Made by a program: the position numbers and the translations under genes
Notes under the pieces: model-generated
Databases searched by the model: none
The model's input: the letters and a program-made list of their open reading frames with translations, nothing else
What the model was told of the DNA's origin: nothing
Part shown: piece after piece, positions 1-9,905 of the stretch
Numbering within the stretch: position 1 is the first letter of the stretch
How the letters are laid out: every line of letters begins with the position of its first letter
Sequence record: OZ346158.1
DNA: 64,000 bases
Source: a phage
Reading direction: 5' to 3' (one strand)

Positions 1-333
1 AATGAAGGCGGCGTTAGTTTCAAAAATGGGAAAAAACCAGAAGCGCTTTTGAAGCGGATTTTCGAAATGTGTACGCGAGAAGGTGATTTGGTATTGGATT
101 CATTCGGTGGTTCGGGAACTACTGCCGCTGTAGCTCACAAGATGAAAAGACGTTGGATCTCCATCGAGATTGGTGATCATTGCCATACCCATATTATTCC
201 GCGCTTGGAAAAAGTGATCGATGGGGAAGATCAAGGTGGTATTTCTAAGTCTGTAAACTGGCAAGGTGGTGGTGGCTTCCGTTATTACAAACTTGCCCCG
301 ACCTTAATTGCGAAAGATAAGTCTGATCAATAA
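1..333 (+). CDS. DNA methyltransferase, C-terminal fragment (gene starts upstream of window)
   Basis: Frame open from nt 1; translation ...PEALLKRIFEMCTREGDLVLDSFGGSGTT... matches the AdoMet-binding motif I (D-x-F-x-G-S-G-T-T) found at the C-terminus of beta-class N6A/N4C DNA methyltransferases. Confidence 0.7.
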   Translation, partial: NEGGVSFKNGKKPEALLKRIFEMCTREGDLVLDSFGGSGTTAAVAHKMKRRWISIEIGDHCHTHIIPRLEKVIDGEDQGGISKSVNWQGGGGFRYYKLAPTLIAKDKSDQ

Positions 334-346
334 AGAGTACAATCAA

Positions 347-652
347 ATGATGAAACGTTATAAACCATACACTTTTGAAATCGATTTCGAACTTGACGAT
401 ATGTTCACTGTAGAAGCTCAGGCAGTTGTCCAGTTGCCAGACCCGGAGTGCCGTGATTCTGATGTTGACTATTACGGATTTAGACAGATCACTGATGTGC
501 ATGTTTACCACAACGGTGAAGAGGTGGACTTCCACCAACTGCCAAACGATATTCGCCACTCAATTTACAAACGTGCAGCCCGTGAACTAGAGTCCTATCT
601 GGATGCAGCGACGACAGCAGCTGCATTTGCCGAAGAAGTGGGAGGTTTCTGA
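347..652 (+). CDS. hypothetical protein
   Basis: ORF track 308..652; internal ATG at 347 lies just past the upstream stop (MMKRYKPYTFE...). Confidence 0.5.
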   Translation: MMKRYKPYTFEIDFELDDMFTVEAQAVVQLPDPECRDSDVDYYGFRQITDVHVYHNGEEVDFHQLPNDIRHSIYKRAARELESYLDAATTAAAFAEEVGGF

Positions 653-1050
653 TGATTACAGGTGTGAAGATTCTCCAATACCACTTAACCAAATTGGAAG
701 ATGCTGAAAAAGAGCTTGCAGAAGTTCTGAATAGTGGATATACTTTGCTATCATGCGCCTGCTCAGACACCTACGTTGTGTGGACACTTATCCGGAAGGA
801 AGAGCCTGCAGGGATCTTGGTGCCAAACCCTAAGATTATTAGTGAGGTGGATGACTATTCCCAGGACGGCCTGCCAGAAGGCTGGGAAGTATGGGAAGGT
901 GGTGAAAACCCTGCACCAGGTAAGTGGGTAAAATATAAACTACGTAGTGGTGCACAGTACGCTGACTACTCTGATGACCTAGACTGGAGTCATTCTTCAC
1001 CAGGATCGTCTGCAAGTTCATATGATATCGTTGCTTTTCAGGAAGAATAA
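652..1050 (+). CDS. hypothetical protein
   Basis: 132-aa ORF; start overlaps upstream stop (tgATGa), same-strand gene chain. Confidence 0.55.
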   Translation: MITGVKILQYHLTKLEDAEKELAEVLNSGYTLLSCACSDTYVVWTLIRKEEPAGILVPNPKIISEVDDYSQDGLPEGWEVWEGGENPAPGKWVKYKLRSGAQYADYSDDLDWSHSSPGSSASSYDIVAFQEE

Positions 1051-1062
1051 GGAGATAGTGTT

Positions 1063-1545
1063 ATGTCAGATTTTATGTGGAAAGTAGGTTACGCAGCTCC
1101 TGAAATGTGTGAGGCTTGCTTTGTGAAAATAGGCCGCGAGGATATCGACAAAGTGATCCTTAAGTTTCGTGATGTGGCTGTGATCGGCAACCGAGTGCTT
1201 AAGCACTTAAAGAATCTGAAGCTCACCAAAAAGAAATTCTTCGGGCTTTTCGAAGAGAAAGTTGATGCTTGGACCCATTGCATTCAGGAAGCTAAATCTC
1301 ACTACAGTGCTATCGTTACCCCAGAACGGGTAGCCAAGATGGAAGGACTCATCAACAGCACAGAGTTTGAGTGTCTGAAAGCTGCACTCGATAGTTATCC
1401 GAAATGCCTCAAGCACTTGGACAAGTATGTAGAAAAGGATGGGGAAATGTATCTCACCCTGGACGCATATTATGAGATGCAAGAAATTTTAAATTTAGAT
1501 TTGACATTGGTATCCACCGAGTATACAATAGGTATCCGGGTTTAA
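1063..1545 (+). CDS. hypothetical protein
   Basis: 160-aa ORF preceded by aaggag RBS-like sequence; followed by terminator hairpin. Confidence 0.55.
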   Translation: MSDFMWKVGYAAPEMCEACFVKIGREDIDKVILKFRDVAVIGNRVLKHLKNLKLTKKKFFGLFEEKVDAWTHCIQEAKSHYSAIVTPERVAKMEGLINSTEFECLKAALDSYPKCLKHLDKYVEKDGEMYLTLDAYYEMQEILNLDLTLVSTEYTIGIRV

Positions 1546-1550
1546 CACTA

Positions 1551-1578
1551 GGCCCTGCCCGAAAGGGTGGGGCTTTTT
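1551..1578 (+). terminator. rho-independent terminator (GCCCTGCCC-GAAA-GGGTGGGGC + T5)
   Basis: 9-bp stem with GAAA tetraloop followed by TTTTT; identical core recurs at about 13180. Confidence 0.7.
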
Positions 1579-2361
1579 GCATTAGGAGACAGCAAATTGA
1601 AATTTATCTACAAAGAACACTACCACAAAGGTGTTGTGTGGAGCCTATTTGACGGATCTGGTGGTGCAGTCATTGACTGGGCAAAAGCTGGATATCTGTG
1701 CCTGTGCTTTAACGCAGAAGGTGCTGACCACGGCAGTTATGCAGAGGTGATCACCGATCATCCAAATATTCACTATGTAGATTATTGGATTGATCCATGG
1801 TTCCCTCAGGAAACTTTCTGCATGTACCCAGCTCCGGACTTTGTTCTTGCATTTCCTCCGTGCACCCACTTAGCGGTGTCAGGTGCTGCACACTTTAAGA
1901 AGAAGCTGGCTAAGGACCCGTTGATCCAGATTAATGCTGTAAAGGATGCTCGGGTTGCAGAAGAGTTGGGAGAGATTTACGATTGCCCGTGGCATGTAGA
2001 GAATCCTGTGGGTGTTATGTCCACACTGTGGCGCAAACCTGATTACCGTTTTCACCCTTCTGACTATGGCGGGTATTTACCGGAGGATGATGTAAACCCC
2101 TGGTTTCCTGAATTTATAGCTCCACGTGATGCCTATCCAAAAATAACTTGCGGCTGGATAGGTAATGGATTTATAATCCCGGCCACAAAACCTGTCCCGC
2201 AAATAGTTGACGCGGTTAGCGGGTATTCCATGCAACACGCCAAGCTGGGTGGAAAGAGTGCAAGAACGAAGATGATCCGAAGCCTCACACCACGTGGCTG
2301 GGCAAAAGCCGTATTCTTAGCAAACGAGCCTGTAGTAAGGAGCAGAATTAATGGGAAGTAA
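1567..2361 (+). CDS. DNA (cytosine-5)-methyltransferase-like protein
   Basis: LFDGSGG (motif I FxGxGG), FPPCTHLAVSG (motif IV PC-type), VENPVG (motif VI ENV-like); true start may be TTG near 1597 after aggaga. Confidence 0.6.
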   Translation: MGLFALGDSKLKFIYKEHYHKGVVWSLFDGSGGAVIDWAKAGYLCLCFNAEGADHGSYAEVITDHPNIHYVDYWIDPWFPQETFCMYPAPDFVLAFPPCTHLAVSGAAHFKKKLAKDPLIQINAVKDARVAEELGEIYDCPWHVENPVGVMSTLWRKPDYRFHPSDYGGYLPEDDVNPWFPEFIAPRDAYPKITCGWIGNGFIIPATKPVPQIVDAVSGYSMQHAKLGGKSARTKMIRSLTPRGWAKAVFLANEPVVRSRINGK

Positions 2362-4429
2362 ATTTATGGCATCTGCATACAACCGTTTCGGTGAGCCAAA
2401 CCCGAAAGCAACTAAGTATAAAAGTGGGGGAAGTGTGAAACGAGACTATCGTGATGAAAAAGAGGTTGAAACTGTAGAGACTGTTTTAGAAAATACTAAA
2501 ATTGTCCCTGTTCCACAACAAAATATCGGTCTGATGGCTGCACAATATTTTGGTGTGCGATCAGCATTGTCTCAAGAAGACGGTGTGACAGTTACTGCAA
2601 CATATTTCCCATATTACGACCGCTACGGAAATCTGTCAGGTTTCAAAAAGCGTGACTGGACGATTCCTAAAGAGCAAAGGGGCCATTTCTCAGTTGTTGG
2701 CATAGTAAAGGCTAACTCTCAGATGTTTGGGCAAAAGCTGTGTGCATCTTCCAACAACCGTAAGCAAATTAACGTTTGTGAGGGGGAAGGTGATGTTATT
2801 GCAGCATGGCAGGCTGCATATCAGATACAAGTAAAAGGGATTCTCACCAACGCTAAAGCCCCGGCAAAGGTGAAGCAGTGGGCTAAAGAGGTCCAGGACG
2901 GGATCGATGCAGTTATCAACGGTGGTGATCTGGCAGGAAAACCCTGCCTACCTTTTGTTGGAATTAACTGTGGATGTGCAAACGCAGTAGATACTTTTGC
3001 AAACAATGAGAAGTTTATCCGTAGCTATGGAACAGTTGTGCTGGCAATGGATAACGATGCAGCTAACGAGGTAGAGAAGCAAAAACACGTCATTAAAGGT
3101 GTCGAGGCCACGCACAATATCGCAGCATTTTTGATGGCTGATAACGTTTACCACGTAGAATACCCTGGTGAAGTAAACGACCCTGACGGTGTAAAAGATA
3201 TCCGAGACATGCTGAAGGCTAAAAAGCTGGAAGATATTGTCAACATGTTCCGGCATCCTGTTAAATATGTGCCTGATGCTGTGTCGGATTTAGAAGACTT
3301 CTCTATCGAGTCTTTGCGGAAAAAGACTTCCAACGGGGTAGATATCAGCGCAGAGTTCCCAAAACTGCAAAAAATGCTAAAAGGCTTGCACAAAGGTACA
3401 CTCGTAATGCTTACAGGCCCATCAGGTGGCGGTAAAACAACCGTAGCTAAAAAACTGGAACACTGTATTGCAAGATACCTAATGGACCCGACATGCCCGA
3501 AGGCTGATGACTATGAAGAGGATGATCGTCTATGTATGATCCATCTTGAGGAGGACCCAGAGGAAGCAATTAACTCCTTGTATGCAAACCAGTTAGGGTT
3601 TGATGTTAAAGAGTTTGTTGAAGATCCTAGCCAGTTTTTAACTGATCAAGAACACGCAGAGATTCATCAGTCATGGGCAAAAGCTGGAAAAATCAAAGTG
3701 TTCAAACATTTCGGGTCTATTCCGGTGGATGAGTTGATTACCAAGCTTAAGCAAATGGTTTGCCTGTACCATTGCCGTTATATTGTGCTGGATCACCTGT
3801 CCATGGTAATTTCAGGGCTTAATGTTAAGGATGAGCGAAAAGAACTGGACATGGCTATGACCCAACTGGCTGCGTTTTGTAAGCAGTTTAATGTGTTTAT
3901 CTTGGTGATCGCTCACCTCAAACGTACAGAGATTGTGCCTCCTAAGGACAAGGATGGTAACCCGTTACCTTTCTGGTATCCTGTGCGAAAAGAGAATTTG
4001 CGAGGATCGGCGGGGCTTGAACAGTTGAGTTGGGTAGTCATAGGTGTCGAGGCCGAAGAAATGGTGGATCGTTCTCGTGGACGTGTCCGTCTGGTAGGTC
4101 TTAAAAACCGTCCAGCAAAAACTCTAGGTATTGCTGACACTTTGGTTATGGACCCGCACACAGGTAAGTTCCATGATGCCAGTAATTGGTACTGGGACAA
4201 AGAAATGCAAATGTTTACAGACGGAGAAGGTGGGGAGGTTGTTTGGAGACCTCAGGCTATGTTTGAGGATCAGGAGCATGCAGTTGTAGAAACACCTATG
4301 GGCAAGGTTGTGGCTGATAAGGTTGTAACACCCACTGTCAAGCCTATTGACACGCAGGAAGACCTCCAATACGATGATCCATCCTCTGATCCGGTCCCTG
4401 GTTTTGAGGATGATGAAACACCTTTTTAA
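2351..4429 (+). CDS. DNA primase/helicase (T7 gp4-like; TOPRIM + DnaB-type helicase)
   Basis: CEGEGDVIAAW (TOPRIM E-G-x-x-D), Walker A LTGPSGGGKTT, 692 aa, immediately upstream of DNA polymerase. Confidence 0.75.
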   Translation: MGSKFMASAYNRFGEPNPKATKYKSGGSVKRDYRDEKEVETVETVLENTKIVPVPQQNIGLMAAQYFGVRSALSQEDGVTVTATYFPYYDRYGNLSGFKKRDWTIPKEQRGHFSVVGIVKANSQMFGQKLCASSNNRKQINVCEGEGDVIAAWQAAYQIQVKGILTNAKAPAKVKQWAKEVQDGIDAVINGGDLAGKPCLPFVGINCGCANAVDTFANNEKFIRSYGTVVLAMDNDAANEVEKQKHVIKGVEATHNIAAFLMADNVYHVEYPGEVNDPDGVKDIRDMLKAKKLEDIVNMFRHPVKYVPDAVSDLEDFSIESLRKKTSNGVDISAEFPKLQKMLKGLHKGTLVMLTGPSGGGKTTVAKKLEHCIARYLMDPTCPKADDYEEDDRLCMIHLEEDPEEAINSLYANQLGFDVKEFVEDPSQFLTDQEHAEIHQSWAKAGKIKVFKHFGSIPVDELITKLKQMVCLYHCRYIVLDHLSMVISGLNVKDERKELDMAMTQLAAFCKQFNVFILVIAHLKRTEIVPPKDKDGNPLPFWYPVRKENLRGSAGLEQLSWVVIGVEAEEMVDRSRGRVRLVGLKNRPAKTLGIADTLVMDPHTGKFHDASNWYWDKEMQMFTDGEGGEVVWRPQAMFEDQEHAVVETPMGKVVADKVVTPTVKPIDTQEDLQYDDPSSDPVPGFEDDETPF

Positions 4430-4487
4430 TGTTTAACAAAGAGTGGGAGGGGTAGTACAACCGCCTCCCCTTTAAGGAGAACTGTAT

Positions 4488-6881
4488 ATGAGCATGTGGT
4501 CGTTCGACTTTGAGTCATCCGGTTTGCTGGAAGATCCAGATCTTTATTATCACTGCGGCCTGTTTAAAGAGCTGAATAAGAACCGTTTTATGCTGTTCCT
4601 TCCTCTAAATGACCGCACACACTACTCCGAAGAGGATATAGAGAAGGCTAAGAACTTTATTCTGGCAAAGAAAACTCTTCATAAAGATTTTGAAGTTCGC
4701 ATAGCAGATTTTTCGGAGTTGGAAGGTTGGCTTACAGGCAATTCCGACTGGTCACCAACAGCTTTGAACTGCCATAACTGCTACAGTTATGACTTTATGC
4801 TGATGGAAAGATTATCCGGTATTCATTTTGATATGTTCCGTGATCCTAAATGCATGGGGACTATCAACGACCACCAGGTTAACCTGTTTGATACGTTGGC
4901 TATGAGCCGAATCTTGTGGCCTGATCGCCCTTTACCAAAAGGTTGTCCGGACGCTGTATTCAACCCGGTTACTAAGAAAATGCAACCTGTTGGTCCTCAC
5001 GGCCTTATGGCATGGGGCTACGCCCTTGGTAACCAGAAAGTTCAAATTGATGACTGGCGCGATCTTCCGCTGTGGAAATATGTGGATCGTGTGTTCGAGG
5101 ACGTTATCATCCAGGAGTTGCTCTGGAAAGAGTTGGTAGCGGAATCAAAAGGTGTATTCTACGGCAAATCTGACATGCAGAACTTTATGTATGACCCTGC
5201 CAAAGAGAAGCCTAAAGGATTCAAGAAGATTACCTGGAAGAATGCATTACGCCGAGGCATGCTGCAGCATTTCCTGATGGAGCTGCAGGCTCGACAGGGT
5301 GTGTATTTCGACATAGATGGGGCTATTGCTTTACGTGACCGCTGCGATGCGTGGATGAAAGAGATCGCTGATCGTGTTGAACCACAACTTCCTTTAAAAG
5401 AGTTATCAATGTCTCAGCGGCCTAAGTTCCCTGAAAAGCCGTTTAACCAGGATGGGACAATCTCCAATAATGGTTGGAAATGGTTAAAAGATAAGCTTGG
5501 CTATCCTGTAGACATGAGCGCTTTAGAATTCAAAGCCCCGCCTAAGCGAGCATTTACCTCCACAGGAGATGTCAGCAAGATGGGGATAAAATGGTGCGAA
5601 GAGATGGGCTGCAAAGACCCCGACAAGATGGCTGATTTCTTGAGAGGTTATATTAAGGGCACCTCCACACCACAACCTTTACCTAAAGAGCTGATGGATC
5701 AGGCAATAAGTGATCTGCAGCAGAAGCGAATGCCTGACTGCAAGATACCTATGAAAATCAGCAATCAGGACGACATTAAGCGATACCTGATCAGTGCTGG
5801 TTGGCTTCCGACAATGTGGAGAACTAAGGATGTAACTAAGGACAGCAAGAAGAAAGCTCTACCTGATGCAGATGTTGATGCACGAGTATATGCATACATG
5901 GACGAGCTTTTAGAGTCAGAGTATTGTGACCTAATTATCAACTTCTGGAACAAAACTGATGCTAAGTTTCAGACAACAGTGCACAAGTTCCGAAGCTTTC
6001 CTAACTCCGAAAGGATTAAAAAGGAAGTGTTCGGGAAAATACGCAGAAAAGCCAGGGCACTTATTACTTCTCCGCAACTGAAAGATACGTTTGGACACCT
6101 ATGTCCGAATCTTGAAAAATTGAACGGAGAGATGGCTAAAGATATCGTCTTGTGGTTATCATTGCGAAACCGCAGATCGGTCCTTGATCCAATCAAGGAG
6201 GATAAGGTTGATACTGGTCTTCTTAATCACCCACGTTTGAAGATTGACCATAAGCTTCCTGCTAAAAGCTCTGGATTAACAAACACTTCCCGACAGAAAC
6301 ACAGTATTTGTGCAAACATGCCTAAACCATCTCCTAAAGTGGTTATGGGTAAAGAGATGCGTAGCTTGTGGGGTGTTCCTCCTGGATACTTTGAGATCGG
6401 TATTGACGGGTCCAACTTAGAGCAGCTTATCGGGGCTTGGGGTGCCTTTGAGTTCGACAACGGCTTGTACTATGATGTTGTAAGTAACGGGGACGCACAC
6501 CAAAACAATGCTGAGGCATATACAAAAGTAGCAGGCAGAGAGGTGTCTCGTAACGACGGTAAACCTATCACGTATGGGGTTATGTACGGGGCACAAAAAG
6601 ATAAAGTTGCAGATATGCTGGATATCTCCCCAGAGTTGGGGCAAAGGGTGATCGATGCACTTTGGGATGCCAACCCCGGTCTTAAGGGGCGCAAAGAGGA
6701 TCTGGAGAAATTCTGGGAAGCAACGGGTAAGAAGTTTATCTACTCTTTTGATGGTCATGCCATCTGGACCCGATCTAAACACTCTTTACTTAATGCATAC
6801 CAACAGAATGGTGGTGCATCGCTGTGTGACTTGGTTGGGATACTTATGCACCACCAAATGGTGAAGCGTGGGTGGTACGAT
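4488..6881 (+). CDS. DNA polymerase, family A (T7-like), exon 1 (ORF runs to in-frame stop at 6917 inside the intron)
   Basis: N-terminal 3'-5' exo motif FDFESSG; KPITYGVMYGAQ resembles motif B; tail GASLCDLVGILMHHQMVKRGW aligns with the segment just upstream of motif C in T7 gp5 as recalled. Confidence 0.85.
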
Positions 6882-7753
6882 GAAGGTGTTCGTCGTATTA
6901 TTTATTACCATAAATAACATTGTGGCTTCGTGCAGTGATGCACGTCGAAAACCTCTTTAATTGACGGGAAGGCTAAGTTGACTTTTACACCTAAACATGG
7001 TAAAAGCTCAATATGCTAATCCGCAGCGAAGACTAAAGGGGTGTAGTTAAAATGGCTAGATCAGTTGATTATCACGGATATACCGTGTTTGATGATGGAA
7101 CAATACCTTTATCGAAACGTGATCATACAACAATGTTCTGTTTTGATAATGGTCGAGGTTACCTTTGCGTAACCATGTTCATCGAGGGGAAGCAGTGCAC
7201 AAAAGGTGTCCACCACTTGGTTGCTGAATGCTTTGTATCAAACCCTGATCCTGAAAGGCTCACATGGGTGAACCATAAGGACGGAAACAAATACAACAAT
7301 GCATACTGGAACCTTGAATGGACCACCCCTGGTGGAAATATCAAACACGCTTATGATAATGACCTCAGAGTAAGGCCAGTCGGTGAGTATAATGCCAACG
7401 CTGTACTGACCGAGGATGAGGTAACGGAGATTTGCGAACTGTTACAAAGTGGTTTACGACAATGCGAGATTAGGGATCTTGGGTATCCTTATGAGACGGT
7501 CAGAGCCATAAAGCAAAGAAGACAGTGGAAACATATCTCTAAAAACTACACCTGGTAGTAACGTTCAGAGACTATCGAAAGCATAGCGCCAACATAAATT
7601 GGTGCGAAGAAGCGAGTAGAGTAGGCCAGCAAGTGCGGTCGAAATGGGAGGTGCCTTGGTAACAAGGTAGTGAGATAGTCCGATCCATACAGGAAACTGT
7701 ATGGCTGTGCACGTAATGGTGCGGGGTAGCTTAACGACCTACCTGAACTATTG
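6882..7753 (+). mobile_element. group I intron in DNA polymerase gene (boundaries proposed)
   Basis: Conserved core elements read directly: P-like AATTGACGGGAAGG (about 6958-6971), Q AATCCGCAGC (7018-7027), R GTTCAGAGACTA (7563-7574), S GAGATAGTCCGATCC (7672-7686), P9 hairpin with GAAA loop (7685-7704); in-frame stop just after the 5' junction; HNH ORF between Q and R. Confidence 0.8.
7052..7558 (+). CDS. HNH homing endonuclease (I-HmuI-like), intron-encoded
   Basis: VHHLVAECF...VNHKDGNKYNNAYWNLEW HNH motif; own RBS aaagggg; lies inside the polymerase intron. Confidence 0.85.
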   Translation: MARSVDYHGYTVFDDGTIPLSKRDHTTMFCFDNGRGYLCVTMFIEGKQCTKGVHHLVAECFVSNPDPERLTWVNHKDGNKYNNAYWNLEWTTPGGNIKHAYDNDLRVRPVGEYNANAVLTEDEVTEICELLQSGLRQCEIRDLGYPYETVRAIKQRRQWKHISKNYTW

Positions 7754-8107
7754 GATGAGTACCAACTTCAGGTCCCTGACACACCTAAGTATAAGACTGT
7801 GTACACCTTCGACACAATTGAAGAATTGGAAGCATTTAAGGCAGAGCAGGAGGCCAAACTTCATGTGTTCGACGGTCATAAGTACAAAAAGGCACGCAAG
7901 GATGAAAACGGAAACGAAGTGGTTGACAGAGACGGAAACACGGTGTACGATCCTATCCTGAACGATGACGGAAAGCTTGAACTTATCTGGAGCCCTGTGG
8001 GTGAAATGGTGGTGCATTGCTTCTGGCAAGCTTCTAAAATGATGGGCGTTCCATTCCAGATCACAGGTGAATACTTGTGCGGTCGTAACTGGGGTGATTG
8101 TCACTAA
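7754..8107 (+). CDS. DNA polymerase, family A, exon 2 (C-terminal part)
   Basis: Ends ...GRNWGDCH, the family-A C-terminal signature (T7 gp5 ends NWAICH as recalled); proposed junction gives ...KRGWYD|DEYQLQV resembling motif C WVHDEIQV. Confidence 0.7.
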   Translation, partial: DEYQLQVPDTPKYKTVYTFDTIEELEAFKAEQEAKLHVFDGHKYKKARKDENGNEVVDRDGNTVYDPILNDDGKLELIWSPVGEMVVHCFWQASKMMGVPFQITGEYLCGRNWGDCH

Positions 8108-8156
8108 TGTAAACTATCAGCACAGGGAGGTGCTGTTGAGCAAAGAGGAGACTTTT

Positions 8157-8441
8157 ATGGTAGTAGAGCCAACAAAAACATTTACATCCATGACCATTCC
8201 TGTTATTATGCAGGTGGAGTGTGTTCAGGTATCTCAAGTGTGGCCTGGCACCAAAATCCCAACAGGGCCTGATTTCTTTCAGGTTGGGAAAGTGTACAAT
8301 GTCTGGAAGGCACCAGATTGTTACCCTTTCATTAAAGATGACCGTGGGATGCTGTGGTATCTTGGAAATGACTTGACACTGCACCTTGGGAATGCTATTA
8401 TTGCAGTATTCAGACTTAACAAGAAGGAGACCGATCAATGA
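8157..8441 (+). CDS. hypothetical protein
   Basis: ORF track 8067..8441 overlaps polymerase end; internal ATG at 8157 preceded by aagaggag. Confidence 0.5.
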   Translation: MVVEPTKTFTSMTIPVIMQVECVQVSQVWPGTKIPTGPDFFQVGKVYNVWKAPDCYPFIKDDRGMLWYLGNDLTLHLGNAIIAVFRLNKKETDQ

Positions 8442-8665
8442 CGACTTTGGTTAAAGCTACCTTTGTAGAAGAAAAGATGACAGACCTGTCATTCTTTAAA
8501 GAAGGAAAGACCTACGAGGTTTATTACGATAAAGCTCGTGCAAACAAAATGATTAAAGACGAGGAAGGGGTTGCCTGGTATATCTCTCACCTGGCAAACG
8601 GTGAGTATCATATCTACGGAACCACTTTGCTTGCCAAGTTTGTAGTTGTTGAAGAGGACCTATGA
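8438..8665 (+). CDS. hypothetical protein
   Basis: 75-aa ORF, start overlaps upstream stop (ATGA). Confidence 0.5.
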   Translation: MTTLVKATFVEEKMTDLSFFKEGKTYEVYYDKARANKMIKDEEGVAWYISHLANGEYHIYGTTLLAKFVVVEEDL

Positions 8666-8856
8666 AAGTAAAGTATCTTGCTGAAGGTATGAATAGGTAT
8701 TTTACCCTTGGTGAAGAATATTGGCCCTTTACAAACAACGGTGATGTCTACGTGAAAGATAATTTCGGCACGCCGTGGTTTCTGCACTCTAATGGGCTGG
8801 GATACTCCATTTACTGCGGTGCAGTGAACAACACAACTCTTGCAGAGTTCGTTTAG
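8662..8856 (+). CDS. hypothetical protein
   Basis: 64-aa ORF, start overlaps upstream stop. Confidence 0.45.
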   Translation: MKVKYLAEGMNRYFTLGEEYWPFTNNGDVYVKDNFGTPWFLHSNGLGYSIYCGAVNNTTLAEFV

Positions 8857-8866
8857 AGGAGGTAGG

Positions 8867-9238
8867 ATGTTAGTAAAAGGTACCCATACAGTCAAACAAC
8901 GTATTGAAGTTGAGATTGATGATTGTGAGCTGAAGCATATTTTACGGTCATGCTCCAACGTTTTGCTCCTTAGTATTCTCCAGGAGCGAGCGGAGAACGA
9001 GTTCTTAAATGCACTGGCAGGCCGCCCTGGTGATTTCTGTGTGCGTAAGCGTGGTGACAACAAGTCATGGCTGTGGGAGATAGACGCAGAATGGGATTAC
9101 CATAAAAATGAGGGTATAGATGAACCTATTCGTGAATTGACGGACAACGAGGTTCAGATGTACAATGAAGTTTGTCAGTGGGCAAAAAGTCAACAAACTT
9201 ATCTTGATCCTTGGTGGATGATCGAAAATAGTCGTTGA
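8867..9238 (+). CDS. hypothetical protein
   Basis: ORF track 8840..9238; ATG at 8867 preceded by gaggaggtagg. Confidence 0.5.
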   Translation: MLVKGTHTVKQRIEVEIDDCELKHILRSCSNVLLLSILQERAENEFLNALAGRPGDFCVRKRGDNKSWLWEIDAEWDYHKNEGIDEPIRELTDNEVQMYNEVCQWAKSQQTYLDPWWMIENSR

Positions 9239-9314
9239 CAGGAAGTAAGATTAGATATAAGATGCTTCACACAAACAGAGCGTTGATTGTTTAACACTTA
9301 AGGAGACCGCTAAG

Positions 9315-9569
9315 ATGAAAATTACTCTGAAGCCAGAATGCGTTGAAAATGACCGAGCTTTTAAAGATTGCACAATCGGTGCAATTTATGAAGCAGAGTT
9401 TTGTGAGAACCCTTTGGTAAAAGCCCTTCTGGAAGAAGGGGCCCCTTTATCACAAGAAGAGATCGATGAGCTGGAAAACTCAGCACAGTGCCTTACCTTT
9501 AAAGATGATGAAGGAGACTCTGTCTGGTGCACTGTTAATGAAGTCGTTTTTGTAAAACCTGAACATTAA
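9315..9569 (+). CDS. hypothetical protein, paralog A (D-x-AF-x-DCT family)
   Basis: 84 aa; shares KPE/DY-x-E-x-D-x-AF-[KR]-DCT and D-[DE]-G-D-x-V-[WC]-CT with next gene; RBS aaggagac. Confidence 0.55.
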   Translation: MKITLKPECVENDRAFKDCTIGAIYEAEFCENPLVKALLEEGAPLSQEEIDELENSAQCLTFKDDEGDSVWCTVNEVVFVKPEH

Positions 9570-9632
9570 TACTTGACAACAGCGATAGGACCTAATACAA
9601 TGGTCCTATCAAAACGAAAGGGGACCACAACA

Positions 9633-9905
9633 ATGACCAAACAATACCAACGAATTAAAGCCAAGGTTAAGCCAGACTATCTGGAGAAGGACTCTGCTTT
9701 TCGGGACTGCACAGCTGACAAAGTTTACACAGGGGCCGTCCTGCTGAACGATGAACTTGAAGTAGATATTCTTGGTAAAGAGGCCACTATTAAGGACGAC
9801 CAAGGCGATTATGTTTGCTGCACCACACGTGAGCTAGAAATCTTAGAATACTTCGGTGAAATCTTCACCTCTCTTGATGATTACTTAGATGATGAGGAAG
9901 CGTGA
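9633..9905 (+). CDS. hypothetical protein, paralog B (D-x-AF-x-DCT family)
   Basis: ORF track 9573..9905; ATG at 9633 after gaaagggga; sequence similarity to 9315..9569 product. Confidence 0.5.
   Translation: MTKQYQRIKAKVKPDYLEKDSAFRDCTADKVYTGAVLLNDELEVDILGKEATIKDDQGDYVCCTTRELEILEYFGEIFTSLDDYLDDEEA

Noticed and set aside
245-559. 104-aa - strand ORF
   Set aside because: Antisense to the methyltransferase fragment and the next + strand gene; no supporting signals.
6882-7753. Intein as the explanation for the interrupted DNA polymerase
   Set aside because: The insert has an in-frame stop, its own RBS-driven HNH ORF and the P/Q/R/S RNA core elements; the two polymerase parts are in different frames. 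An intein would need a continuous ORF.
7751-8107. Stand-alone 118-aa gene downstream of the HNH endonuclease
   Set aside because: Its C-terminus carries the family-A polymerase terminal signature (GRNWGDCH) and it lies immediately 3' of group I intron elements, so it is better explained as polymerase exon 2 than as an independent gene.
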